DNA of 64,000 nt from an uncultured Candidatus Micrarchaeota archaeon. Its GTDB lineage: Archaea; Micrarchaeota; Micrarchaeia; Burarchaeales; Fermentimicrarchaeaceae. This document shows, piece by piece, positions 20,403-28,240 of the stretch. The notes below the pieces were generated by a model. It was given only the letters and a program-made list of their open reading frames with translations. It searched no databases and was not told the DNA's origin. Position 1 is the stretch's first letter. Each line of letters begins with the position of its first letter. The position numbers were made by a program, and so were the translations under genes. Where the stretch lies: positions 1 to 64,000 of the forward strand of contig CAVXDX010000007.1 in assembly GCA_963760615.1 (NCBI GenBank), given 5' to 3'.

Positions 20403-21079
20403 TTTCTCATCTTAATTGTAACAAAGCGACAGTTTGTCCTATTGATTAGCTCGCCAAACTTACCAAAAATAGAACCACTTCCAATTACTCTCTCAACCTT
20501 AAATCCAACAAACTTTGCCAAATCAGCTAAGCCCATATATGTAAAGATTCTAACATGCGGGGGGCAGCCCTTGATTATCTCATTTTCGTGAGGTGAGAGG
20601 GGATTTCCAATCTTAGCTAAGCCGCTGTCAAATCCCATGGAGAAGGGCGTATACCCAAGTAGTAAAGCAAAAATATTATCCCAACTTGCTAAATTCTCAG
20701 TAGAAATTATGGCATAACCACCTAGTTTCAAGACCCTATAGATCTCCTTCATAAATTTAACAGGATAAATTAAATGTTCAATTACCTGATTCGAAACAAC
20801 CACATCAAAATAATTGTCCTTAAAAGGTAGAGGTCCATCTAAATCCACCTTTTTGACAACTATCCCTTTCTGTTTAGCTTCTCTTAATGCATTTATGTAA
20901 ACATCAACTCCAGTTATTTTATCACAGCCGATCTTCCTGCTTACTTTTAATGTAAACCCCCCGTCACCACAACCCAAATCAATTACTTTAGCTTTGTGGT
21001 TAGACTCGGGGAGAGAGAGAAAACTTTCATCTCTGCTATCAGACCACTTATTATAAATACGGATTTTGGTAGTTTTCAT
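20399..21079 (-). CDS. Class I SAM-dependent methyltransferase
   Basis: IDLGCGDG, NQVIEHL, PHVRIFT; start placed at ATG 21079. Confidence 0.88.
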   Translation of the reverse strand: MKTTKIRIYNKWSDSRDESFLSLPESNHKAKVIDLGCGDGGFTLKVSRKIGCDKITGVDVYINALREAKQKGIVVKKVDLDGPLPFKDNYFDVVVSNQVIEHLIYPVKFMKEIYRVLKLGGYAIISTENLASWDNIFALLLGYTPFSMGFDSGLAKIGNPLSPHENEIIKGCPPHVRIFTYMGLADLAKFVGFKVERVIGSGSIFGKFGELINRTNCRFVTIKMRK

Positions 21080-21084
21080 AAACT

Positions 21085-22524
21085 TCAAGAATCGTCCCAA
21101 TTTTTCACCTTTCTTGCTTTTATTACCATGGTATACCACCCACCCTCCGTATACTCCATATCAATAAAATCATCAAAAAATTTTTTAAAAGGGATATCTA
21201 TCTTCAGATACCAGAATATTGAAAAGAATGGGAGAGTTAATGACTCGATCCATTTCCCACCTAATTCAAAATGCTCTACCTCAAAACCATTTTTCTTTAG
21301 TATATCCTTGATAAAGTCAAAGTTATAATGTCTATGACCAATCACCCAATGTGCAGGATCCGTAAGTTTACATAAGAGGTTGTTATTTGGAGTTGATAAT
21401 ATCAAAATACCGTCATCTTTAAGTACTCTTCTTATCTCTCTTAAAGCATTTTCTTCCGTTCCTTTAGGTAAATGTTCTATTGTTTCCAAGAAACAAACTT
21501 TATCAAAATATTTAGAACTGAAAGGTAACCGCCTCGTAACATCTGCCAAAAAAAACTTTGCATTTTTTATCTTTTTCTTATCATCGAGTATCATGTCCTT
21601 ATCTATATCCACCCCTATTATTTCTTTGCATCTTTCTGATGCAATTCTCTCTAACCATCCACTCTTACAACCGACATCCAAAATTTTATCACTTTCATCT
21701 ATAGCTAATAATTCAAATGATCTCCTTAGTCTACCACTAAGTTCATCTCTCATCTTCAATGCATTCTTGCTCAAATTTCCCTCTAACTTTCCCTCTTCTT
21801 TAACAGCAACAACCTCCAATGTTTTGTAACCTATAACACTAAACTTTACTCTATTTCTAAGATCCTGTAGTATCCTGTGTCTTAAGTAAAAGTCAGGAGA
21901 GGCTTTGATCACATTGAACCAAATCAAAGACCTAACTACCAAATCTAGAATTGAGTAGGAAATAGTATTAACTCCATATCCAATAATTCTAAATCCGCTT
22001 TTTTTTAATAAATTTAGAAACTCTTCCGGATTTTTGTACTCTTTTACATGCGTTGGGTCTAATCTGAAACCACCCTTCCAGTAAATCCAAAAACCATACC
22101 CCTTTTTGACTACTGTTGAAATATAAAGATGACCACCCGACTTTAGTACCCTGTGCATTTCCTTAAGCATCTTTCTGTCGTCTATAACATGTTCTATAAT
22201 CTGGGAACAAATGGCTATATCAAATGAACTATTTTTGATTGGTCTCAAATTTTGGGCATCTGCGACTATTCCTTTAACAAATGGTAGATTACTCTTTAAT
22301 CTATTTATCCTGTTTTTGGACATGTCTACTCCAACTATTTTTTTAGAGTTTTTTAGTAAGCCCTTATGGTACATTGCATAGATAAATGTTCCATCTCCGC
22401 AACCTACGTCTATCAAAGAAAATTTTTTCAGATTCTCAAGTAACTTCTCGAGCATTTTTGGAAGAAAAAAATCAAAAAATTGTACATTTCTATTCGCGAA
22501 ATCCTCAAAAAATGATCTATCCAT
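21085..22524 (-). CDS. Tandem (two-domain) class I methyltransferase
   Basis: Two motif-I copies (LIDVGCGDG; ILDVGCKSG), each followed by EH motifs (QIIEHV; ETIEHL). Confidence 0.85.
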   Translation of the reverse strand: MDRSFFEDFANRNVQFFDFFLPKMLEKLLENLKKFSLIDVGCGDGTFIYAMYHKGLLKNSKKIVGVDMSKNRINRLKSNLPFVKGIVADAQNLRPIKNSSFDIAICSQIIEHVIDDRKMLKEMHRVLKSGGHLYISTVVKKGYGFWIYWKGGFRLDPTHVKEYKNPEEFLNLLKKSGFRIIGYGVNTISYSILDLVVRSLIWFNVIKASPDFYLRHRILQDLRNRVKFSVIGYKTLEVVAVKEEGKLEGNLSKNALKMRDELSGRLRRSFELLAIDESDKILDVGCKSGWLERIASERCKEIIGVDIDKDMILDDKKKIKNAKFFLADVTRRLPFSSKYFDKVCFLETIEHLPKGTEENALREIRRVLKDDGILILSTPNNNLLCKLTDPAHWVIGHRHYNFDFIKDILKKNGFEVEHFELGGKWIESLTLPFFSIFWYLKIDIPFKKFFDDFIDMEYTEGGWYTMVIKARKVKNWDDS

Positions 22525-23623
22525 GCACTACACTCCCAATAACCCTTAAAAATTCTTCTGCAGTCTTATCCCAACTAAATTTTTTACTCCGTTGCAAAGC
22601 ATTCATACTCAAATTTTCCCTTAACTTATCACTCTCCAAAACTTTTATTATAGCTTTAGAAAGCTTTTTAATATTCCTATTCTCCTTTACAATAAACCCC
22701 GTCTTTCCATCAACAATGGAATCCCTCACTCCAGGAACATCATACCCTATGGACGGAGTCCCACAAGCTGCGGATTCGGTTGTAGAAATTCCCCACCCCT
22801 CCTTTGTCGATGGTAGGACATGGACCCAAGAGCTCTGTAATAACTTCTTCTTTTCATCACCTATCACAAACTGATAGAATTTGACGTCCTTGCTTAAATC
22901 TAATTTTTTAACAAGTTTTCTTAACTCTAATTCATACCCCCCTCCCCTGCATCCAGCTATCAAAAGTTTTGCGTCTTTGACATACTCCTTAACTAGTCCA
23001 AATGCTTTAATTAAGTCATCAACGTTTTTGTATCTTACTACTCTATTAAGGTAGAGTACAGTTGGAAAGTTAGTCTTGCTACCAACACCGAATTTTTTAT
23101 GATCTATGCCTGGCGATACAACCGAAATATTGCATGGGGGGAATCCAATTTTAGTTAATTCTCCCTTAATACTTTCAGAAAGAACTATAATTGGTATTTT
23201 TCTATAAATTTTGAATAAAGTTGGTTCTGCCCTAGACGCCAATAAGGCAAAAGGCTTAGGGAGCACTGTAAAGTAAACATCACCTGTCATTTGGAATATT
23301 ACTGCTAATTTTTTATCTTTGACATAGAGTGGGGTGAAAAAAGGAATAGTGTTTATTGCATCCACCACCAAATCAAATTCGCCTTTGAAGAATTTTTTAT
23401 AATATTCGTACGCCTTCCAATAAACGGAATATCGGTTACCTGCACGTACTATCCGAACTCCATCAACGAATTCGTCAGATTTACAACCCTTAAAGGTAGA
23501 GGTAAATAAAGTAACTTTATTCCCTCTCTTAACTAACCTTCTTGCAATTTCATGGGTGTAAACCTCAGCTCCTCCAGCTGCTGGGTTTTTTATATCCCGC
23601 CAATTGAGAATCAAAATCCTCAT
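22517..23623 (-). CDS. GT4 glycosyltransferase
   Basis: WRDIKNPAAGGAE, KEGWGISTTESAACG. Confidence 0.92.
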   Translation of the reverse strand: MRILILNWRDIKNPAAGGAEVYTHEIARRLVKRGNKVTLFTSTFKGCKSDEFVDGVRIVRAGNRYSVYWKAYEYYKKFFKGEFDLVVDAINTIPFFTPLYVKDKKLAVIFQMTGDVYFTVLPKPFALLASRAEPTLFKIYRKIPIIVLSESIKGELTKIGFPPCNISVVSPGIDHKKFGVGSKTNFPTVLYLNRVVRYKNVDDLIKAFGLVKEYVKDAKLLIAGCRGGGYELELRKLVKKLDLSKDVKFYQFVIGDEKKKLLQSSWVHVLPSTKEGWGISTTESAACGTPSIGYDVPGVRDSIVDGKTGFIVKENRNIKKLSKAIIKVLESDKLRENLSMNALQRSKKFSWDKTAEEFLRVIGSVVHG

Positions 23624-24660
23624 TTTAGTATACCTCTATTTTTGCTAACCCACTCGACCAAGCGCTTAATTCCGTCTTCGGGTTTGACTTTTGGTTCCCA
23701 ATTTAGCTTCTTTCTTATTTTGGAGATATCTGAGATGTAGACTTTCTGGTCGGAAGGACGCCAGTTATCAAATTTTATACTATTTCTTTTCCCAGTTAAT
23801 TTTTTGAGCATATTTAGAAGCTCTAGCAAAGAAATTGTATTATTTGGACCACCGCCAATATTGAAAACATCGCTTTTTAAGTCACTATTGACGAACAGGT
23901 CATATGCTCTTATTAGATCTTCAACATACAAAATATCTCTGACTTGTTTTCCATCGCCATAGATTGTTAGAGGCTTCCCTAGAATGGTGGAAATTGTAAA
24001 CCAAACGACCCATCCCTGGTCCTCCACTCCGAACTGCCTTGTTCCATAGATACAAGACATCCTAAAAACTCCTGTCTTTAAGCCATACAAATGTCCATAA
24101 TCCTGAACATATAAATCTCCAGAGAATTTAGAACATCCATAGGGAGTATGTTCGCATAGATCAGTAGAGAAAGTTTCTGGTACTCCGTTTTTGAATCTTT
24201 CCTCAAAGATATAGCGACTATCTTTTTCGATTAATTTTATTGAATTTACATTCTCACCATACACCTTATTCGTGGAACAGTAGATTATTGTTGGGTTTGT
24301 ATGAGCTAGTCTAGCCGCTTCTAAAACATTAAAAGTCCCAACTGCATTTACCTCAAAATCTGTTCTGGGATCTTGAAGAGATACCGTTACGGCTGTTTGA
24401 GCTGCAGTATGAATAATAACATCAGCATCTTTTGCACAATTCTTCAATTTTTCAAAATCCCGTATATCCGCTTTGATTAATTGTACATTTGAAAATTTTT
24501 TGAGATAGTTCCAGTTATAAGTCGTATTAATTTTATTTTTTAAAAGTTTTGCTCTTGAAATATTGTCATAACAGATTACGTTAAAGTTTTTATTAGAGTA
24601 ATATTCGGCCGTATTCGAACCTATGAATCCTGCCCCGCCAGTGATTAGAATGGTTTTCAA
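23620..24660 (-). CDS. NAD-dependent epimerase, CDP-paratose/tyvelose 2-epimerase-like
   Basis: TGGAGFIG, HTAAQTAV, STNKVYG, PYGCSK, RMSCIYG..QFGVEDQGWV; TTG start. Confidence 0.85.
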   Translation of the reverse strand: MKTILITGGAGFIGSNTAEYYSNKNFNVICYDNISRAKLLKNKINTTYNWNYLKKFSNVQLIKADIRDFEKLKNCAKDADVIIHTAAQTAVTVSLQDPRTDFEVNAVGTFNVLEAARLAHTNPTIIYCSTNKVYGENVNSIKLIEKDSRYIFEERFKNGVPETFSTDLCEHTPYGCSKFSGDLYVQDYGHLYGLKTGVFRMSCIYGTRQFGVEDQGWVVWFTISTILGKPLTIYGDGKQVRDILYVEDLIRAYDLFVNSDLKSDVFNIGGGPNNTISLLELLNMLKKLTGKRNSIKFDNWRPSDQKVYISDISKIRKKLNWEPKVKPEDGIKRLVEWVSKNRGILK

Positions 24661-24685
24661 CGTATCACCGAATTAGTATATAGAA

Positions 24686-24800
24686 ACGTTAACCTTTATC
24701 TTAATTTGTACGCTCTTTACGGGTACAGTTGTAATGGCCTTTTCAAACTCTTTGGTACATTTGCTCCAATCAATTTCTTGTCCATTCAACTGCATTCTTA
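24686..24800 (-). pseudogene. Relic 3' end of a GT4 gene
   Basis: KNAVEWTRN / frameshift / DWSKCTKEFEKAI; compare NALQRSKKFSWDKTAEEFLRVI in 22517-23623. Confidence 0.6.
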
Positions 24801-24806
24801 TTTATT

Positions 24807-25538
24807 CTATTTTACCCGGTTATAATATTTCAAAATTCTTAAACGGTAGAATATCGCAGCTGTGTCTAGAGCAATTCTGCCTATATCTCTTAAACTTATT
24901 CTACCTTCAACTCTTTGCCAATTTAGCTCAATTGGAGCTTCCACAATTTTGAAACCTCTATGTCGGGCATTAACTAGTAATTCTAGGTCAAACGCATATT
25001 TCTTGCACAGGATTCTTGGCATAATATCCTCAAGAACCTCGTATTTGAACAGCTTCAAACCTGCCTGTGTATCTCTCAGATTTAAATCAAAGAGCATTGC
25101 TACAAGAATTTGATATGTCTGGCTTAGTATTCTTCTATAAAGGGGGTAGTTAATCTTTGAGAGGGGGTGCCTTTTTGAGCCGATTACGACATCCGCGTCA
25201 TACTTTCTCATATAACTGATGAACAGCGGTATTTGTTTGGGGTGCAAATCCAAATCTGCATCTATGAAAGTCACAAGGTCGCCAGAGCAGTGGTTAAATC
25301 CATATTTTAGGGCAGAACCCTTACCACCATTCTTCTTCCTAACGACTTTTATGCTCTTATTTCCTTTAGCAGCCTTTAAAACCTCGCTATAGGTGTTATC
25401 AGTAGAACCATCATCAACAACTATTATTTCATACTCCCAGTCATAGTGATCAAAGACTTTTTCAGCTTCCTTTAGACTACGGAATATGATATTTCCTTCG
25501 TTTTTAGCTGGGATTATGAGCGAAATCATCGGAATCAC
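24807..25538 (-). CDS. GT2, dolichyl-phosphate hexose synthase-like
   Basis: IPAKNE, DDGSTDNT, GKG, DAD, DTQAGLKLF, FDLE; GTG start. Confidence 0.9.
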   Translation of the reverse strand: MIPMISLIIPAKNEGNIIFRSLKEAEKVFDHYDWEYEIIVVDDGSTDNTYSEVLKAAKGNKSIKVVRKKNGGKGSALKYGFNHCSGDLVTFIDADLDLHPKQIPLFISYMRKYDADVVIGSKRHPLSKINYPLYRRILSQTYQILVAMLFDLNLRDTQAGLKLFKYEVLEDIMPRILCKKYAFDLELLVNARHRGFKIVEAPIELNWQRVEGRISLRDIGRIALDTAAIFYRLRILKYYNRVK

Positions 25539-25618
25539 TCTGAGCTAAGCTTCTCGGCATTTTTAATTGCACTTCTTATGCGTGTGGCCATACTTATATA
25601 CCTTGACTCTGCAACCTG
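25535..25618 (-). pseudogene. Relic 3' end homologous to the FAD oxidoreductase at 26903-28240
   Basis: QVAESRYISMATRIRSAIKNAEKLSSE* vs RFAEFKYMNMAACIKSAMNKAKEINS; its TGA overlaps the GT2 start as GTGA. Confidence 0.7.
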
Positions 25619-25649
25619 CTGCGCGTTCAATTTTACTTTTCTTGAGAAG

Positions 25650-26906
25650 TTAAGCTTTTCTTTTATTTAGGAGGCTAGCACTTAGGTAAAGAACAAGCAG
25701 AACGGTAGCTGCTGCTCCTGACAGAAGCATGCTGTGGGTTATGTTGGATATGCCAGAATGGAATATTGACATTAATGAAACCTCCATAATGAGGGCAAGA
25801 AGTACCACATATGCAACATGGGTTTTATGGATTGAAAGGGAGTAATTAACTAGTAGATTTATAAGAGAGAATAGGAACATTGCAATTCCGTACTCAAACA
25901 TGTAAGGTATTATTGCCGCCGACTTATCTCCGAACATTATTTCTGCAATTGGTTTTGGGAAAAGCAGGAACAGTAGAACGACAAATCCTGATATTAGAAT
26001 CGTGTAGAAGAGCGCTTTAAGTAGAATTGGGATATGGCCTTTGTTCTTCTCAAAGCTTTCAGAAGTTTTTGGGAACATGGCAAGGGCTATTCCGGAGGGG
26101 GCAGAGAAGACAATCTGGCCCAGAACTGCCAAGGCAGAGAACGCTCCGGCGGATGTAGGATCCAGGAAATGCTTCGCCAGTATTACATTAACGTAGAGCA
26201 TTGAAGTAAATGAGAAACCAGCAAGGAGGGCAAGACCGGAGTATGAGTAAACTCCTCTCAAATCAAACTTCTTAGGTTTTGCTTTAACAACATGTCTGAT
26301 GAACACTAGTGTTACAAGAAAAACGGTGATGTTTGCTAAGGAAGGAGCGAGAAGTCCGCCGTAAATGCCAAAGCCAATGAAGACGAGAATAACACCCAAG
26401 AGCAGTTTGAGCAGAGACCAGGATGCAGTTGATATCCCGAATGCCCAGAATTTCTGCAACCCCATGAGCAAACCTTGGTTTGCCGGCATCGCAAAGCTGA
26501 AAAGTAGGTAAGAAGCCAGCAGTATTACGTACCATGTATTGCTTATATTAAAGAATTGTGCAATGGGTGGGCTGAGAAGACAGACTAGCAGGAATGCAAC
26601 GACCCCAAGCATCAGCGTGCTCCTGATTGAAACATCCCACAGATATTTTATCTTGCCGTGTTCTCCATGCGTTTTTAATTTTGATGCATATCTTCCTATG
26701 GATGTCTGTATGGCTGCTCCTCCCACATTTATTATGTAGACAAGCGAGAGCAGGCTATAGAGTATTCCATAATCCTCAAGCGAAAGGAGCCGCCCCATTG
26801 CAAGCTGGAATAGGTAATTGAAGAAGTTCGCTGCCATTGTGGCAGTCATCATTATTATGCTGTGCTTTGTAAAATCATGGTCTTCCATCTCTTCCCCTCG
26901 AATCAT
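25650..26906 (-). CDS. Oligosaccharide flippase (Wzx/MOP family)
   Basis: About 12 TMs; NFFNYLFQLAMGRLLSLEDYG; LGQIVFSAP...MFP. Confidence 0.85.
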   Translation of the reverse strand: MIRGEEMEDHDFTKHSIIMMTATMAANFFNYLFQLAMGRLLSLEDYGILYSLLSLVYIINVGGAAIQTSIGRYASKLKTHGEHGKIKYLWDVSIRSTLMLGVVAFLLVCLLSPPIAQFFNISNTWYVILLASYLLFSFAMPANQGLLMGLQKFWAFGISTASWSLLKLLLGVILVFIGFGIYGGLLAPSLANITVFLVTLVFIRHVVKAKPKKFDLRGVYSYSGLALLAGFSFTSMLYVNVILAKHFLDPTSAGAFSALAVLGQIVFSAPSGIALAMFPKTSESFEKNKGHIPILLKALFYTILISGFVVLLFLLFPKPIAEIMFGDKSAAIIPYMFEYGIAMFLFSLINLLVNYSLSIHKTHVAYVVLLALIMEVSLMSIFHSGISNITHSMLLSGAAATVLLVLYLSASLLNKRKA

Positions 26907-28240
26907 CCATGGAGTGCATTGGAGTTTATCTCCTTAGCTTTATTCATTGCGCTTTTTATACATGCAGCCATGTTCATGTATTTGAACTCGGCGAACCTCC
27001 CACATGACTCAATTCCATTCTGTTTCAGGAATTTGAATGCCCTGGAGGTATTCCTGCCGTAATCCAAATCGTATATTATATACGCATACTTGGACCGCTT
27101 GACCTTTCTGTAGCATATCTTTGAATGTTTTACAATACCAATTTTATCTAGGTTATTTATCACATCATCTATAACTCTTTCATCTTTCTGCTTCCAGATT
27201 GCGTCATTATATGCGCAGGTTGTTTCAGCCAGAATTGAGGATTTATCAGCTGGCACAACATTGCTTGAGAAGTTGAATGGGAAGCTCAGGCGGTTGAAAT
27301 CTCCGTCAGCATCATCTGGAACATACATCCAAGAGATGTTGTTCATCTTCGGTTCATTCACCCCGAGCATAACGCTGACCAGAGAATTGTATCTAAGCTT
27401 CCTCCTAGCTTCAAGCACTGCTTTTGGAACATGATGCATTGAATCTATCAGTTCAGGGAGAGGCATTGTGGACACCAGCCGGTCGTATTCCCTCTCATCC
27501 CTGCCATTTGAAACAATGAATTTTTCCCCTTCCTTTTTGACTGATTTCACTTCAAAATTGTACCTAATTCTATCTCTGAGCTTCTCCTCCATTGGCTTTA
27601 CAAGTGCATTTATCCCTCCTCTTATGGGATAGTAGAATATGAGGTTCTGGGAGTAACCCTCAGTCTTTATACCGAGTGAGGATTTTATGATGTCTTGAGC
27701 TGGAGGCATGGGAATGCTGTTCTCAAGCCAGCCCAGTGAGATTTTGTCAGGAGGATAATTCCAGATTTTCCTGTTGTAGGGTATGAGGTACTTCTCAGTT
27801 ATTCCCTTGCCAAAGGTGTAATACATCCACTCCTGGAAATTGGTTGGCTTCTTAACCCTTCCCTTGCTTACTTCTACGAGATTCTGAATAAAAGATGAAA
27901 TGCATTCGTAATTATCCTGCTTCGGCAGCTGGTACAGGCCATTCTCAAACGGGTATTTGATGTATCTCCCTTTGAAAAGAATCTTTGAATTTCTCTTCCT
28001 TTTCACCCAGTTCCCGCGGAGCAATCGTCTGTATAATTCGAACACGTCCTTATCCTTTGTGAATATGACATGGGAGCCCCCATAGTCAAATGTGAATCCC
28101 TCTTCAGTGAGGCTTCTGCACAGGCCACCGCACTCCGAATTTTTCTCCAGTATCTCAAAATCTTTTTTTAAGTGGAAGCCCAGAGTTAAACCGCTCAGCC
28201 CGCCCCCGAGAATGCCTATTTTCATAGGAAAACCTTTCAT
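26903..28240 (-). CDS. FAD-dependent oxidoreductase, UDP-galactopyranose-mutase/HemY-like
   Basis: GGGLSG, GGLCRS..EEGFTFDYGGSH, YPFEN, KIW, GRFAEFKYMNM. Confidence 0.75.
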   Translation of the reverse strand: MKGFPMKIGILGGGLSGLTLGFHLKKDFEILEKNSECGGLCRSLTEEGFTFDYGGSHVIFTKDKDVFELYRRLLRGNWVKRKRNSKILFKGRYIKYPFENGLYQLPKQDNYECISSFIQNLVEVSKGRVKKPTNFQEWMYYTFGKGITEKYLIPYNRKIWNYPPDKISLGWLENSIPMPPAQDIIKSSLGIKTEGYSQNLIFYYPIRGGINALVKPMEEKLRDRIRYNFEVKSVKKEGEKFIVSNGRDEREYDRLVSTMPLPELIDSMHHVPKAVLEARRKLRYNSLVSVMLGVNEPKMNNISWMYVPDDADGDFNRLSFPFNFSSNVVPADKSSILAETTCAYNDAIWKQKDERVIDDVINNLDKIGIVKHSKICYRKVKRSKYAYIIYDLDYGRNTSRAFKFLKQNGIESCGRFAEFKYMNMAACIKSAMNKAKEINSNALHG

